Shown piece after piece: positions 47,693-57,482 of a DNA stretch of 64,000 nucleotides. The notes below the pieces were generated by a model. The model was given only the letters and a program-made list of their open reading frames with translations. It searched no databases and had not been told where the DNA came from. The position numbers were made by a program, and so were the translations under genes. The DNA comes from Myxococcota bacterium. Lineage in GTDB: Bacteria; Myxococcota_A; SURF-8. How positions within the stretch are numbered: position 1 is the first letter of the stretch; the number at the start of each line of letters is the position of its first letter. The DNA lies in assembly GCA_965140415.1 (NCBI GenBank), contig OZ223209.1, positions 1,024,001 to 1,088,000 on the forward strand. The letters are read 5' to 3'.

Positions 47693-48391
47693 ATGAAATA
47701 TCTTATCCTTTTCATGCTCGGGCTTCAGTTGATACTGATTTCTGCCGCAAGCGGTTGCGATTCGTCCGATACTTCCGTTGGCGCGGATGGCGACAGCGAT
47801 GTGCTGGATGGCGAGAATCCCCCGGATGGAGATCTCCCTCCGGATGGAGATCTTCCTCCGGATGGTGACACGCCGGTTGACGGTGACACGCCCGTTGATG
47901 GTGACACTCCCATCGATGGTGATACCCCCGTTGATGGCGACACCCCCGTTGATGGTGACACGCCCGTTGATGGTGACACACCTGTTGACGGTGACACACC
48001 TGTTGACGGTGACACGCCCGTCGATGGTGACACACCCGTTGATGGTGACACGCCCATTGACGGTGACACACCTGTTGACGGTGACACGCCCGTCGATGGT
48101 GACACACCCGTTGATGGTGACACGCCTGTTGATGGCGATACGCCTGTTGATGGTGACACGCCCGTTGATGGTGACACACCCGTTGATGGTGACACACCCG
48201 TTGATGGCGATGTTGAAGTGACACCATCTGCGCCGGTTTTGCACGTTGGTTTTAGTGCGGCGTCAGGCTCCATGATTTCGGATTCCCACCGCCTTACCTT
48301 CAGCTTTGCACCCTTTTCCCTTAAAACGACCGGCAAGGCGACGAATGGCGAAGTGATTCTGCATTCGATTCTCGTTCCGGCTGCGCGGTAA
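47693..48391 (+). CDS. lipoprotein with DGDTPV tandem-repeat stalk and short beta-rich C-terminal domain
   Basis: Lipobox AASG-C; 19 DGDTP(V/I) units; about 50-aa C-terminal domain. Confidence 0.8.
   Translation: MKYLILFMLGLQLILISAASGCDSSDTSVGADGDSDVLDGENPPDGDLPPDGDLPPDGDTPVDGDTPVDGDTPIDGDTPVDGDTPVDGDTPVDGDTPVDGDTPVDGDTPVDGDTPVDGDTPIDGDTPVDGDTPVDGDTPVDGDTPVDGDTPVDGDTPVDGDTPVDGDTPVDGDVEVTPSAPVLHVGFSAASGSMISDSHRLTFSFAPFSLKTTGKATNGEVILHSILVPAAR
47807..48211 (+). repeat. 18-bp coding tandem repeat (19 DGDTP[VI] units at 47861-48202 plus 3 degenerate units)
   Basis: GAYGGYGAYACNCCNRTY units, varying mostly at third codon positions. Confidence 0.95.
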
Positions 48392-48438
48392 AGGAGGTGC
48401 GTATCATGAAGGTCTGTCTACGAATATCGGAGGAGAGG

Positions 48439-49629
48439 ATGCGACAGGCTATTCTTTGGCTTTCACTTGTGCTGTTGGGGTGCTTGAGTTCGTTCGCACT
48501 TGCTGAGGTGCCCGATACCATGACCTACCAAGGCTATATGACCGATAGCGCAGGAGAACCACTAAATGGTGTGCAGTCCGTAACTTTCAAAATCTACGGT
48601 GCGGAAACCGGGACAGAGGCGATCTGGGAACAGACTGATACCGTTACCTTTGAGCAGGGACGTTTCGAGGCACTATTGGGTGGCAATGACAACCCATTGG
48701 ATGCCAACGTCTTTTCTTCGCCGGAACTCTGGATTGCTGTTTCCATTGGTGGTGGCGACGAACTGCTGCCGCGTGTCATGCTCCCGAGTGTTCCCTACGC
48801 GACTCGCGCGGACGTTGCAGAAAATGCAGTAGGAGATATCACGCCACATACTGTCAGCGTGGCCGGAGCGACCGTCATCGATGAAAGCGGCCAATGGGTA
48901 GGCGATCCGACCGATATCCAGGGACCGAAAGGAGATCAGGGAGATCCCGGCGAACAGGGCGAAGCCGGTGAATCGGTTGCGATTTGGTCAGCGGAATCAG
49001 AAAATTGTCTTCAAGGCGGGGTCGGTTTCTCAATTGGCGATGCGCCTCCCCAGTTCCTTTGTAATGGCGATGCCGGTCCTATGGGAGAGAAGGGGGACAG
49101 AGGACAGAAAGGCGAACCGGGAATCCAAGGCGAGACGGGAGAGCCAGGCCAGGATGGTGCGGATGGACAGGACTGCTGGGATTTGAACAACAATGGAACG
49201 TGCGATACGTCCACGGAAGATACCGATGGCAGCGGTGGATGCTCATTGGCGGACTGTTATCTGCCAGAGCCGGATCTTTTGTGCAAGAACTTCGGATGGC
49301 CCTCTTTTCACCTAAGCCTGGGGTGGTATAACAACGTTTGCATTTATAGCTGTGATATCTGCACCGAGGGCGATACAACCTGTGTGAACTGGATTGAAGC
49401 TGCCAGTTACTGTAGTAGCTACGGTCTCAGCTTGTGTACTTACGAAGAACTCTATCTGGCAAAACGCGATGGTATGAGTCTATCTCAAAATTTCTGGATG
49501 GCAGATCGCACGGCGGACAATGGTGCGCTATATGTCAACGATACAAGCAATGAGAACAATTTCGACGCCCAAGACAATGTTCGTGATGACAGAACGGGGT
49601 TTTACTGCTGTTATCGCTATCGTGACTAA
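48439..49629 (+). CDS. secreted collagen-like fibre protein 1 with C-type-lectin-like head (alternative start 48406)
   Basis: Signal peptide; VP..MTYQG..TD..G...SVPYA domain; 6+12 Gly-X-Y triplets; CWD.N.NG.CD; W.EA..YC...G..LC..EEL...W.AD...YCC. Confidence 0.8.
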   Translation: MRQAILWLSLVLLGCLSSFALAEVPDTMTYQGYMTDSAGEPLNGVQSVTFKIYGAETGTEAIWEQTDTVTFEQGRFEALLGGNDNPLDANVFSSPELWIAVSIGGGDELLPRVMLPSVPYATRADVAENAVGDITPHTVSVAGATVIDESGQWVGDPTDIQGPKGDQGDPGEQGEAGESVAIWSAESENCLQGGVGFSIGDAPPQFLCNGDAGPMGEKGDRGQKGEPGIQGETGEPGQDGADGQDCWDLNNNGTCDTSTEDTDGSGGCSLADCYLPEPDLLCKNFGWPSFHLSLGWYNNVCIYSCDICTEGDTTCVNWIEAASYCSSYGLSLCTYEELYLAKRDGMSLSQNFWMADRTADNGALYVNDTSNENNFDAQDNVRDDRTGFYCCYRYRD

Positions 49630-49682
49630 GATATTTGGTGATTTCTGAATTCATGACACTGAAAAAGTCATAGAGGAAAGCC

Positions 49683-50867
49683 ATGCGAGTACGAATACTT
49701 TTTATTTTAATCGCTACAACGTTGGGATTGGCTGGCGGTGCGTGGGCCGAAGTCCCGGTGAGGTTGCAGTATCAGGGGTTTCTAACGGACACGAGTGGAA
49801 CACCGTTGTCCGGAGAACGGAACGTCTCTTTCTCGATTTATGGCTCGGAAAGCGGGGACGACGTGAATTGGACGCAGATAAGCCAGGTGATGGTTTGTCA
49901 GGGGTCGTTCAGTGTCCTATTGGGGAGTGAGACCAATCCGTTGGACGCCAATGTCTTTTCAGGTTCGGATCTCTGGCTAGGCATTACGGTTGGCGATGGA
50001 CCGGAATTGCTCCCGCGCATGAAGGTGAGCGCCATGCCGTTCGCGCAACAGGCTGGAGTGTCTGACAATGCTATCGGTGACATCACACCTGCTACTGTCA
50101 GTGTTTCAGGAAATCCAGTGATCGATGCTGATGGAAAGTGGGTTGGTGATCCATCCGGGTTGGCTGGACCGAAAGGTGAGAAGGGAGATACGGGCGTACA
50201 GGGGGAAACTGGCGTCGCCGGAGATTCTGTCCAGGCCTCTCCCGCCGATTCCTCGTCTTGTCCCGATGGCGGCTACGAATTCTCCGTCGGTGATAGCCTG
50301 TCGTATTTTGCTTGTAATGGCGCTGCGGGTCCGCAAGGGGAAGCAGGTGACCAGGGAGAGAAAGGTGACCAGGGAATTAAAGGGGAAACCGGAGCGGCTG
50401 GTGATGATGGTGATAGGGGACTGACTTGTTGGGATAAAAACAACAACGGAACCTGCGATTTAACCACTGAAGATACGGATGATAGCGGATATTGCAATGC
50501 AGAAGATTGCAGTTTGAATAACTCGCTTCCACAATGCCGTGATGACTATAGATATTATAAAGTGGATCTTCCTGGTCGCAGAATCTGTTATTACGTGGAA
50601 AACAATGATTGGGGCTATACGTGGAATGAATCTGCTTCTTATTGTTCTGGCGGAAATGTTGCATACTCGTTATGCACCTATGAGCAGGTCAAACACTTAA
50701 AACAGAGCAATCAAATATTTTATATGCCCGAAGGATGGTTAGCCGATCGTACGGCAGACAGTAATGCCTTGTATCTGCAAGGATGGGGAGATAGTACCGG
50801 GCAAGCGAATCTCGAGTCGGAACTGGACGATTACTACTGTTGTGTTGAATACCGGGCAAGAGATTAG
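49683..50867 (+). CDS. secreted collagen-like fibre protein 2 (paralog)
   Basis: Same architecture; 8+12 Gly-X-Y triplets; WNES..YC...LC.YEQV...WLAD...YCC. Confidence 0.8.
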   Translation: MRVRILFILIATTLGLAGGAWAEVPVRLQYQGFLTDTSGTPLSGERNVSFSIYGSESGDDVNWTQISQVMVCQGSFSVLLGSETNPLDANVFSGSDLWLGITVGDGPELLPRMKVSAMPFAQQAGVSDNAIGDITPATVSVSGNPVIDADGKWVGDPSGLAGPKGEKGDTGVQGETGVAGDSVQASPADSSSCPDGGYEFSVGDSLSYFACNGAAGPQGEAGDQGEKGDQGIKGETGAAGDDGDRGLTCWDKNNNGTCDLTTEDTDDSGYCNAEDCSLNNSLPQCRDDYRYYKVDLPGRRICYYVENNDWGYTWNESASYCSGGNVAYSLCTYEQVKHLKQSNQIFYMPEGWLADRTADSNALYLQGWGDSTGQANLESELDDYYCCVEYRARD

Positions 50868-50913
50868 GCTTAAATGATCTTGGGTTACATGAAACATGCG
50901 ATTGGGTGAAATC

Positions 50914-52107
50914 ATGCAAAAACATGTGGTAATACTTATCGTTGTTTGGGTTCTGGGATTGAGTGGTGCCGTCCATGCCGAAATGGTGGAGCGCATGCAG
51001 TTTCAAGGCTTTCTAACGGACGCGGAAGGGCAACCGTTGGAGGGAGATCAGGAATTGGTCTTTGCACTGTATGGATCTGTAGAAGGGGGGGAGGCCATTT
51101 GGACTCAGACCATAACGGTGTCAATGGAGAATGGTATTTTCAGCGTGTTATTGGGTAGCCAGGCTAATCCGTTGGATGAAACCGTTTTCAGCGGTCGAGA
51201 CCGCTGGTTAGGCGTAGCGGTTGGTGACGAAGTGGAAATGACGCCCCGTGTGCAGGTTCGCTCCGTTCCCTATGCCGTTCGAGTTGAACAAGCGACAAAT
51301 TCCGTAGGTGATATTACACCCAATACGGTGAGTGTCGGCGGTTCTGAGGTTATCGATGAAAACGGTCATTGGGTCGGTGATCCGACCGGTCTTGCCGGAC
51401 CGAAAGGAGATCAAGGCGATCGCGGTTTGCAGGGTACGCCCGGCGCGGCTGGGGTTTCCGTTGCCAGCTGGTCGGCGGATGTCTTGGATTGTCCGCAGGG
51501 CGGGACGGGGTTTTCCATCGGCGATGGTCCGGATCAATTCATCTGTAATGGAAGCGTGGGCCCGAAAGGTGACATCGGTCAGCAAGGAGAAACGGGCGAT
51601 CAGGGGGAGCAGGGAGATCCCGGCCAGCCTGGTAGTGCGGGGCATCCTTGCTGGGACATCGATGGCAGCGGAACCTGCAATGGCAACGAAGATGCCGACG
51701 GCGTAAATGGTTGCACGGTGCACGATTGTCGTGAGAACAGCGCCTGCCCGACTATGGCTGGAGCCACGGGAACCATTACACCTTACACTTTAGATCAGCC
51801 AAAACAGCAAATCTGCATCTATGCATTTCCCGGTTGTCCGGTCGGTCAGAGTTGCAATACCTACGATCAAGCCATGAGCGTGTGCAGCGCTCTTCAAATG
51901 GACCTGTGTAGCTACGAGCAACTTCAAGTTGCAGTATTGGATGGCATGACAGCTGTCGAGCAAATGTGGATGTCCGACATTACGGATGGTAGCAAGGCGC
52001 TTTATGTCAATAGAGACAATGACACTACTGATTTCGACGGTGAGGCGACGATGACGACGGAAAAGCGTGGCGCTTACTGCTGTCGCGTGATGTGGATCGG
52101 AGATTGA
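50914..52107 (+). CDS. secreted collagen-like fibre protein 3 (paralog)
   Basis: Same architecture; 8+11 Gly-X-Y triplets; YDQA..VC...LCSYEQL...WMSD...YCC. Confidence 0.8.
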   Translation: MQKHVVILIVVWVLGLSGAVHAEMVERMQFQGFLTDAEGQPLEGDQELVFALYGSVEGGEAIWTQTITVSMENGIFSVLLGSQANPLDETVFSGRDRWLGVAVGDEVEMTPRVQVRSVPYAVRVEQATNSVGDITPNTVSVGGSEVIDENGHWVGDPTGLAGPKGDQGDRGLQGTPGAAGVSVASWSADVLDCPQGGTGFSIGDGPDQFICNGSVGPKGDIGQQGETGDQGEQGDPGQPGSAGHPCWDIDGSGTCNGNEDADGVNGCTVHDCRENSACPTMAGATGTITPYTLDQPKQQICIYAFPGCPVGQSCNTYDQAMSVCSALQMDLCSYEQLQVAVLDGMTAVEQMWMSDITDGSKALYVNRDNDTTDFDGEATMTTEKRGAYCCRVMWIGD

Positions 52108-52218
52108 CATCCTTTCTTGCGGATCAGGAATAGAAAAAACACGACAGCTTTGCTTCACTGCTTGTCATGACCGGCTGGTAAGTTTTATCAACCTTCTGCT
52201 CGCCGTTCTTGGGACCGA

Positions 52219-53715
52219 TCAGTCTTCGACCTCTCTGATTGTGCGCACCAGGCGAAAGCCAATCGATTTCCAGCGAGCGTTGGGTAACTCGATGTAACGA
52301 TCGGCAAGGCGACTGGAGCGGGGAGCATTCAAGCAACTGCCGCCACGACGAGAACGCAAGACCCCACTATCCAAGCCTGAGTAATCCGTTTGAGGTTCCG
52401 AGGGATAGTCTCCATACAGATCCCAATTCCATTCCCATGCATTTCCGAGAACATCATACAGTCCCCAGGCATTGGGGAGTTTCTGTCCCACGGGGTGCAT
52501 GGTCTCCCCTGAATTGCCGCAATGCCAGGCAATGAGATCACAATTCGGATCTGAGATTCTGCACTCGCTCGAAACTTCCGATATGCTGCCATCGCTGCCT
52601 TCCACCTCGTAAAAGGCCGTCTCACTTCCGGCTCGGGCGGCATATTCCCACTCCGCTTCCGTTGGTAACCGAAAACCAGGGCAGTGCTGGGGGATGCTGA
52701 AAATCGGTTTCAGACTGCATTCGGTCAACTCCCCTTCGCCTGTACAGTCAAAGCAAGTCGCCAAGTCATGAGCTTCGGAGAACTTATTGGCAAACTTCAG
52801 GGCTTCATACCACGAAACCTGTTCAACCGGACAGGTGTCTCCGCAACTCTTGAAATAGGATGGATTGTATTCCATCAATTCGGCAAACTGCCCCTGGGTC
52901 GTTTCGTAGGTCATGATCTCGTAATTATACGTCAACGTAGCTTCCCACTGCGTTTCATCGTCGTCACGTCCACCTTCTGCAAGGGGGCTTCCCATTGTGA
53001 ATGTACCGGCCTGAATAAATGTAAATCCCTCGGTAACCACTGAGATGCAGCGACCTTCCACGCAACGGCTTTGTGCATCGCACATCCCGCACTCAACCCC
53101 GCATATTGGATCTGGCCCACAGTCCAGCTCGCTGCAATCCGCATCATCCGGGCAGGTGGGTGATTGTTCTACACAGACACCTTGATTACAGTCGTAGCCA
53201 CTCTCACAAGATCCACAGATTATTCCACAGACCGGATCGGCTCCGCATTCCAACTCGCTGCAATCCGCATCTTGCGGACACTCGGGTGTTTGCTCCACAC
53301 AACTTCCCTCTAAGCAGTCATAGCCCGTTTCACAGGTTCCGCAAATGGTGCCGCAGACCGGATCTGGTCCGCATTCCGTGTTCTCGCAATCGGTTTCTTG
53401 CGGACACTCGGGTTGCTGTTTTACACAGTTTCCGTCGATGCAATCGTATCCGTCCGAACATTGGCCGCAGATGATTCCACACACAGGGTCGTTTCCACAG
53501 CTTCGCCCCGCGCAATCGGCATCCATCGGACAACTTGGATTGTTTATTTCCAGCCATCCGTCATCATCCTGATCCTGATCTGCTTCCAGATCGCCATCGA
53601 GTGTGGAGCCATCGGAATCCCCGTCGGATGTGTTGCCGCTGTTGTCCTCTACACAGGCTGTAACAAGCACAGTCAAAAGCAACAGCAACAAACCTAAAAA
53701 GCTCGAGCGCAACAT
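52219..53715 (-). CDS. lipoprotein with four Cys-rich repeats and an FGE-sulfatase domain
   Basis: Lipobox LVTA-C; 4x CP.D.DC...CG.DP.CG..CG.C..GYDC..G.CV; GTFTMGSP; CPVEQVSW; FRLPTEAEWEYAARAG; GFRLVRT. Confidence 0.88.
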   Translation of the reverse strand: MLRSSFLGLLLLLLTVLVTACVEDNSGNTSDGDSDGSTLDGDLEADQDQDDDGWLEINNPSCPMDADCAGRSCGNDPVCGIICGQCSDGYDCIDGNCVKQQPECPQETDCENTECGPDPVCGTICGTCETGYDCLEGSCVEQTPECPQDADCSELECGADPVCGIICGSCESGYDCNQGVCVEQSPTCPDDADCSELDCGPDPICGVECGMCDAQSRCVEGRCISVVTEGFTFIQAGTFTMGSPLAEGGRDDDETQWEATLTYNYEIMTYETTQGQFAELMEYNPSYFKSCGDTCPVEQVSWYEALKFANKFSEAHDLATCFDCTGEGELTECSLKPIFSIPQHCPGFRLPTEAEWEYAARAGSETAFYEVEGSDGSISEVSSECRISDPNCDLIAWHCGNSGETMHPVGQKLPNAWGLYDVLGNAWEWNWDLYGDYPSEPQTDYSGLDSGVLRSRRGGSCLNAPRSSRLADRYIELPNARWKSIGFRLVRTIREVED

Positions 53716-53726
53716 GATCTCATCCC

Positions 53727-56258
53727 CTATCTATCGGAGCATCCCGTGATCAACTCACCATCATGAATCGTTCCTGCATTTCCAGATTCTCCTTGTTGAG
53801 TTCCTGGAGCGTCTGCGTTTCCTCCGACCCCGGCTGTTCCCGGCTGTAGGTCGTTTTCATTCAGAGTCGCATCTGTGCCGCAAAGGAAAATCGGGAACGA
53901 CCAGCCTCCACTGCCTCCGCCGCCTTGGCCACCGTTACCGCCTTTGCCTCCGTCACCGCCGTCACCGCCTTCTCCGACTTCGTTTGAGGACGTGCTTCCA
54001 CCATCGCCACCGCCACCACCAGATCCGCCATTTCCTCCGCTGCCGCCATCGCCACCGCGACCGCCATTGCCGGTTTCAATGACACAGTTTGATATCTCAG
54101 TTCCACTTGATCGGAACAGAAGAATGCCGATGGAGCTTCCGCCGGCCTGACCGCCGTGACCGCCGGTTCCTCCACAGCCACCGGAACCACCACCACCGCC
54201 GCCACTGCCGGCTCCATCAACGCATAGATAGCCGGTTTGTCCGGCTCCACCACCTCCTCCTCCGCCGCCAGCGCCCGATTCACCGGAGTGTCCGGTTTGA
54301 CCCGGCGCACCCGACCACAAAAAGTAATCCACGACAAGCGCGTTGGAGATTGCACCCAGGCCCGGCTCTCCCGTTTGTCCCGACTGGCCTATACCTCCAT
54401 CAAACCCGTCGCCACCGCTGCTGCAATTGGAATATACCGTGCCTCCTTGACCGCCTTGTCCGCATGACGATCCGCCGCAGCCCGTGTTTTCAGCACCTGT
54501 TTGGCCGTTACATCCTCCAAAAGCCGGATTGGATCCTCCATCGCCGCCACTGCCACCCTGTCCGGACTCTCCCACTGTACAACTTCGACTATTCCCCCCG
54601 GAACCGCCACTGCCCTCTGCGTTTTCATTGTCGATGCTTCCGGCTCCTCCATTACCTCCAACAAGACCACCCAGGCCCTGCTGCCCCGTCTCTCCAACGT
54701 GGCCATCGGTTCCATTTGCTGTGGCGATGGTGCAATTGGCAACGCGAAGTCCAGGCGATAGAGAAGCCCAGATGCCAAAGCTGCCAACGCCGTCGCCCAG
54801 GCTGTCATCGGAAGTTTGAATTGTGACGAATTGCAGTTCGCTTCTATCTGTCAGAGTATCGGCCAGCACCCCGACGACTTGACCGCTCAACGGATCGACC
54901 GTATCGGCCAGGATGGCTGTAGTATAGGAAATCGGATCAAAGGTCCATGAAGTGTCATCTGCAAAACCGCCGAATACTGAAACGCCATTTTTCATGTGAA
55001 CGGTTTCGTGGTAGTCCCCTGCCGCGATATAGACATGTGGCTTATTGTTGGACAGATCATCGTCCGATAGACTGGCATTGGCCATATCAATACCGGCTTG
55101 AATGGAATCCAGCGGTGATTGACGGGTTCCGGCCCCATCGGATGCTCCCTGGAGGCTAACATATACCGCACTGCTATATAGTCCATCCACTCCGTCGCAA
55201 TTTGCATCGATCCCTTCGAGATCGGGAGGATCCATTGGATCCGTTACAACGCACTGTTCTTCACAGCCATTTCCGGCACCAGCTTCATTCAGATCTTCGT
55301 TCACATCGATCCAGCCGGGGAGACAGATTAGATCACAGGTCGCATTATGACAGACTGCCAGAGTATTGGACGCATCGGTCGGGCACGTCTTGCCACAGCT
55401 ACCGCAATTTAACGCATCGTTATTTAGATCTGTGGCGCATTCTGTCTGTGAACCTTCACAATTTGCCATGTTTTCTGGACAATTTTGGCCAATGCATTCT
55501 CCAGCGGAGCAAATAGTGGCATAGGTATAGGGATCCTGGTCATCACAGGCATCGCCATTATTGTCGGGGTCGTTGGAACAGGTTCCCGAAAGCAACTCGC
55601 ATGTGTCAGCAGTGCATGGGTTATTGTCCTGGCAGTCGGTGTCATTTAAACAAGTCCATGAATTCTCGCGGTCCCCCTCCGCAGAATCGTAATCCGATTC
55701 ATAAATCTCCCAATCGGTTTCCAGTATGTCGTAATCCTCATCACCGTCCACAGAATTGGAACAGAGACAAGCATCTATAGGCTCCCCTTGTTCGTTTTGC
55801 TTTTCGCCGCATCCGACCGAACCGCATCCAAAGGTTTGCTGACAATAATCCTCACAGTTCTGGTAGAACCAGGTACCATCGATGCATGTGGCCAGATTTT
55901 CGGACAAACACATCGTTTGGTCTTCCGTACAGCTATTCGTATCACCATCCGGTACATCTCCGTCCGATGAATCCCCATCCGTATTCACGTTACTAAAATC
56001 CCCATCTGGAAGTGGGATACACTCATAGTTGTAACAGCGCCATCCAAAATCGCAATCTGTATCGGTTTCACATGTATACTGACAGGTTTCATCGATACAA
56101 TGCTTGCTACCTTCGCAGTCACTATCTTTCTTGCATCCTGAGACTGCATCATTATCATCATCACCTTCTGATATTTTAGTTGAACCCTGACAGGCAATAA
56201 TCAATGTCATGGTTGTAGCAAGACAAAGAATGAATAGCATTCTCAGTGTGGTAGGCAT
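53727..56258 (-). CDS. Cys-rich lipoprotein with C-terminal beta-helix/Gly-rich module, paralogous to the end of 11550-16949
   Basis: Lipobox IIA-C; DNNPCT.D.C; GIDANCDGVDG...AVYVS..G...AGT...P..SIQ.GI; GVSVFGGF; poly-Gly tail. Confidence 0.8.
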   Translation of the reverse strand: MPTTLRMLFILCLATTMTLIIACQGSTKISEGDDDNDAVSGCKKDSDCEGSKHCIDETCQYTCETDTDCDFGWRCYNYECIPLPDGDFSNVNTDGDSSDGDVPDGDTNSCTEDQTMCLSENLATCIDGTWFYQNCEDYCQQTFGCGSVGCGEKQNEQGEPIDACLCSNSVDGDEDYDILETDWEIYESDYDSAEGDRENSWTCLNDTDCQDNNPCTADTCELLSGTCSNDPDNNGDACDDQDPYTYATICSAGECIGQNCPENMANCEGSQTECATDLNNDALNCGSCGKTCPTDASNTLAVCHNATCDLICLPGWIDVNEDLNEAGAGNGCEEQCVVTDPMDPPDLEGIDANCDGVDGLYSSAVYVSLQGASDGAGTRQSPLDSIQAGIDMANASLSDDDLSNNKPHVYIAAGDYHETVHMKNGVSVFGGFADDTSWTFDPISYTTAILADTVDPLSGQVVGVLADTLTDRSELQFVTIQTSDDSLGDGVGSFGIWASLSPGLRVANCTIATANGTDGHVGETGQQGLGGLVGGNGGAGSIDNENAEGSGGSGGNSRSCTVGESGQGGSGGDGGSNPAFGGCNGQTGAENTGCGGSSCGQGGQGGTVYSNCSSGGDGFDGGIGQSGQTGEPGLGAISNALVVDYFLWSGAPGQTGHSGESGAGGGGGGGGAGQTGYLCVDGAGSGGGGGGSGGCGGTGGHGGQAGGSSIGILLFRSSGTEISNCVIETGNGGRGGDGGSGGNGGSGGGGGDGGSTSSNEVGEGGDGGDGGKGGNGGQGGGGSGGWSFPIFLCGTDATLNENDLQPGTAGVGGNADAPGTQQGESGNAGTIHDGELITGCSDR

Positions 56259-56886
56259 GTCAACTCTCCATAAATCCCCAAGTTTCATACGTCCGCCTCA
56301 AGAGCACCTCAACGCAACTACTACTATGCGCTGTACGCAGCATCCCTCAGCTGTTTTGATAATAGTGACGCCAACCTATCACGATATGCACTGACATTCA
56401 ATTCATAATTTGCTTAAAATAATTCTCGCGATCCAAAAAACACGAAACCCGCTTCCCGATGCACTTGAAAGCGGATTCAGTTATTTATGAGTTGGTGTAT
56501 GGTGCTTGTATCAAGCAATAGTGAGACCATTTAAGTGATTGAGAGCACGAGTTGTTTCGGCTGATTAAGTAATGCTTTGAAAGATTGTTATTTGCGATAT
56601 TGCAGTTGTTTTGAAGCATATCATGTCGATTGCTGAAGAAGGAATCTCTTGGTTAACGCTAACCATATAGCGATGTGGTACATGCACCTGTCCCCGGAAG
56701 TCAAACGGGATGCGGCTAGGCGATTTTAAGTGTATGACGTTAATGAATCTTTGCTGGTTTTGCAGCATTCTCTCGTAGCTTTTGGGTTTCACATATCAAT
56801 AGCAAACAAGCCCGATGATTTGCTCATTGACATTCCGGCGAACGAAGAGTATGTAGAGTTGTTGTTGAAGAAGGGTTGTATTTAAT

Positions 56887-57315
56887 ATGCAGAAAAGAAG
56901 CCTTTACTACTCGAAATTGTCCACATATTTAAGCACCGCCGCCATGGCGGCGCTGGTGCTGCGGACTTTGCTTCTGACCCTGCACTTCATCTCACTCCCG
57001 CATGCCATTGATCCGCACACCGGGCACTTCGTTCACCTGCATAATCACGCCAGTGAAGAATTACACCAGTATGAACCTCCCACGGCGCGATCCAAGCCGG
57101 GTATCCAGGCGAATTCACATTCCTGTTGTGACAGTTGCGCTCATGACTGTCCCTACAACCACTTCCTTCATCAGCCTTCCAGCCAGAACCTGAACCTGGT
57201 CGACAATATCTGGATTCTACCGCCTTCTGCGGAGACAAGTCTCCCGTATGGTCTCTCTCTTTTCATACGTGACGACCTACACTTGCTAGCCCCAATGAAT
57301 TCACCTCCCGTGTAA
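56887..57315 (+). CDS. His/Cys-rich small protein, DUF2946-like putative leader of the metal-uptake operon
   Basis: N-terminal hydrophobic stretch; H..PH...PHTGH..H.HNH; HSCCDSCAHDC; C-terminal LAPMNSPPV. Confidence 0.55.
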   Translation: MQKRSLYYSKLSTYLSTAAMAALVLRTLLLTLHFISLPHAIDPHTGHFVHLHNHASEELHQYEPPTARSKPGIQANSHSCCDSCAHDCPYNHFLHQPSSQNLNLVDNIWILPPSAETSLPYGLSLFIRDDLHLLAPMNSPPV

Positions 57316-57482
57316 TTGTTCGTAGCTACAACGATCCAACGGTCCCACAAAGACCGCTGGAAACTGTCTTACCGATTGATGAATCAACTGAAGCTTCCAT
57401 CGGGTGCTTGCGCTTGCGCTTAAGGCGGGCTGTACCTATGGAGAGACAGTGAAAATGCGACTACAACACAATGGAGAAACCC

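Noticed and set aside
47807-48211. CRISPR array
   Set aside because: The 18-bp units are contiguous with no spacers, in frame within a lipoprotein gene, with synonymous variation; there are no cas genes.
26973-53715. Diversity-generating retroelement acting on the FGE or lectin-like heads
   Set aside because: I saw no reverse transcriptase and no near-identical template/variable repeat pair differing at adenines in the window.
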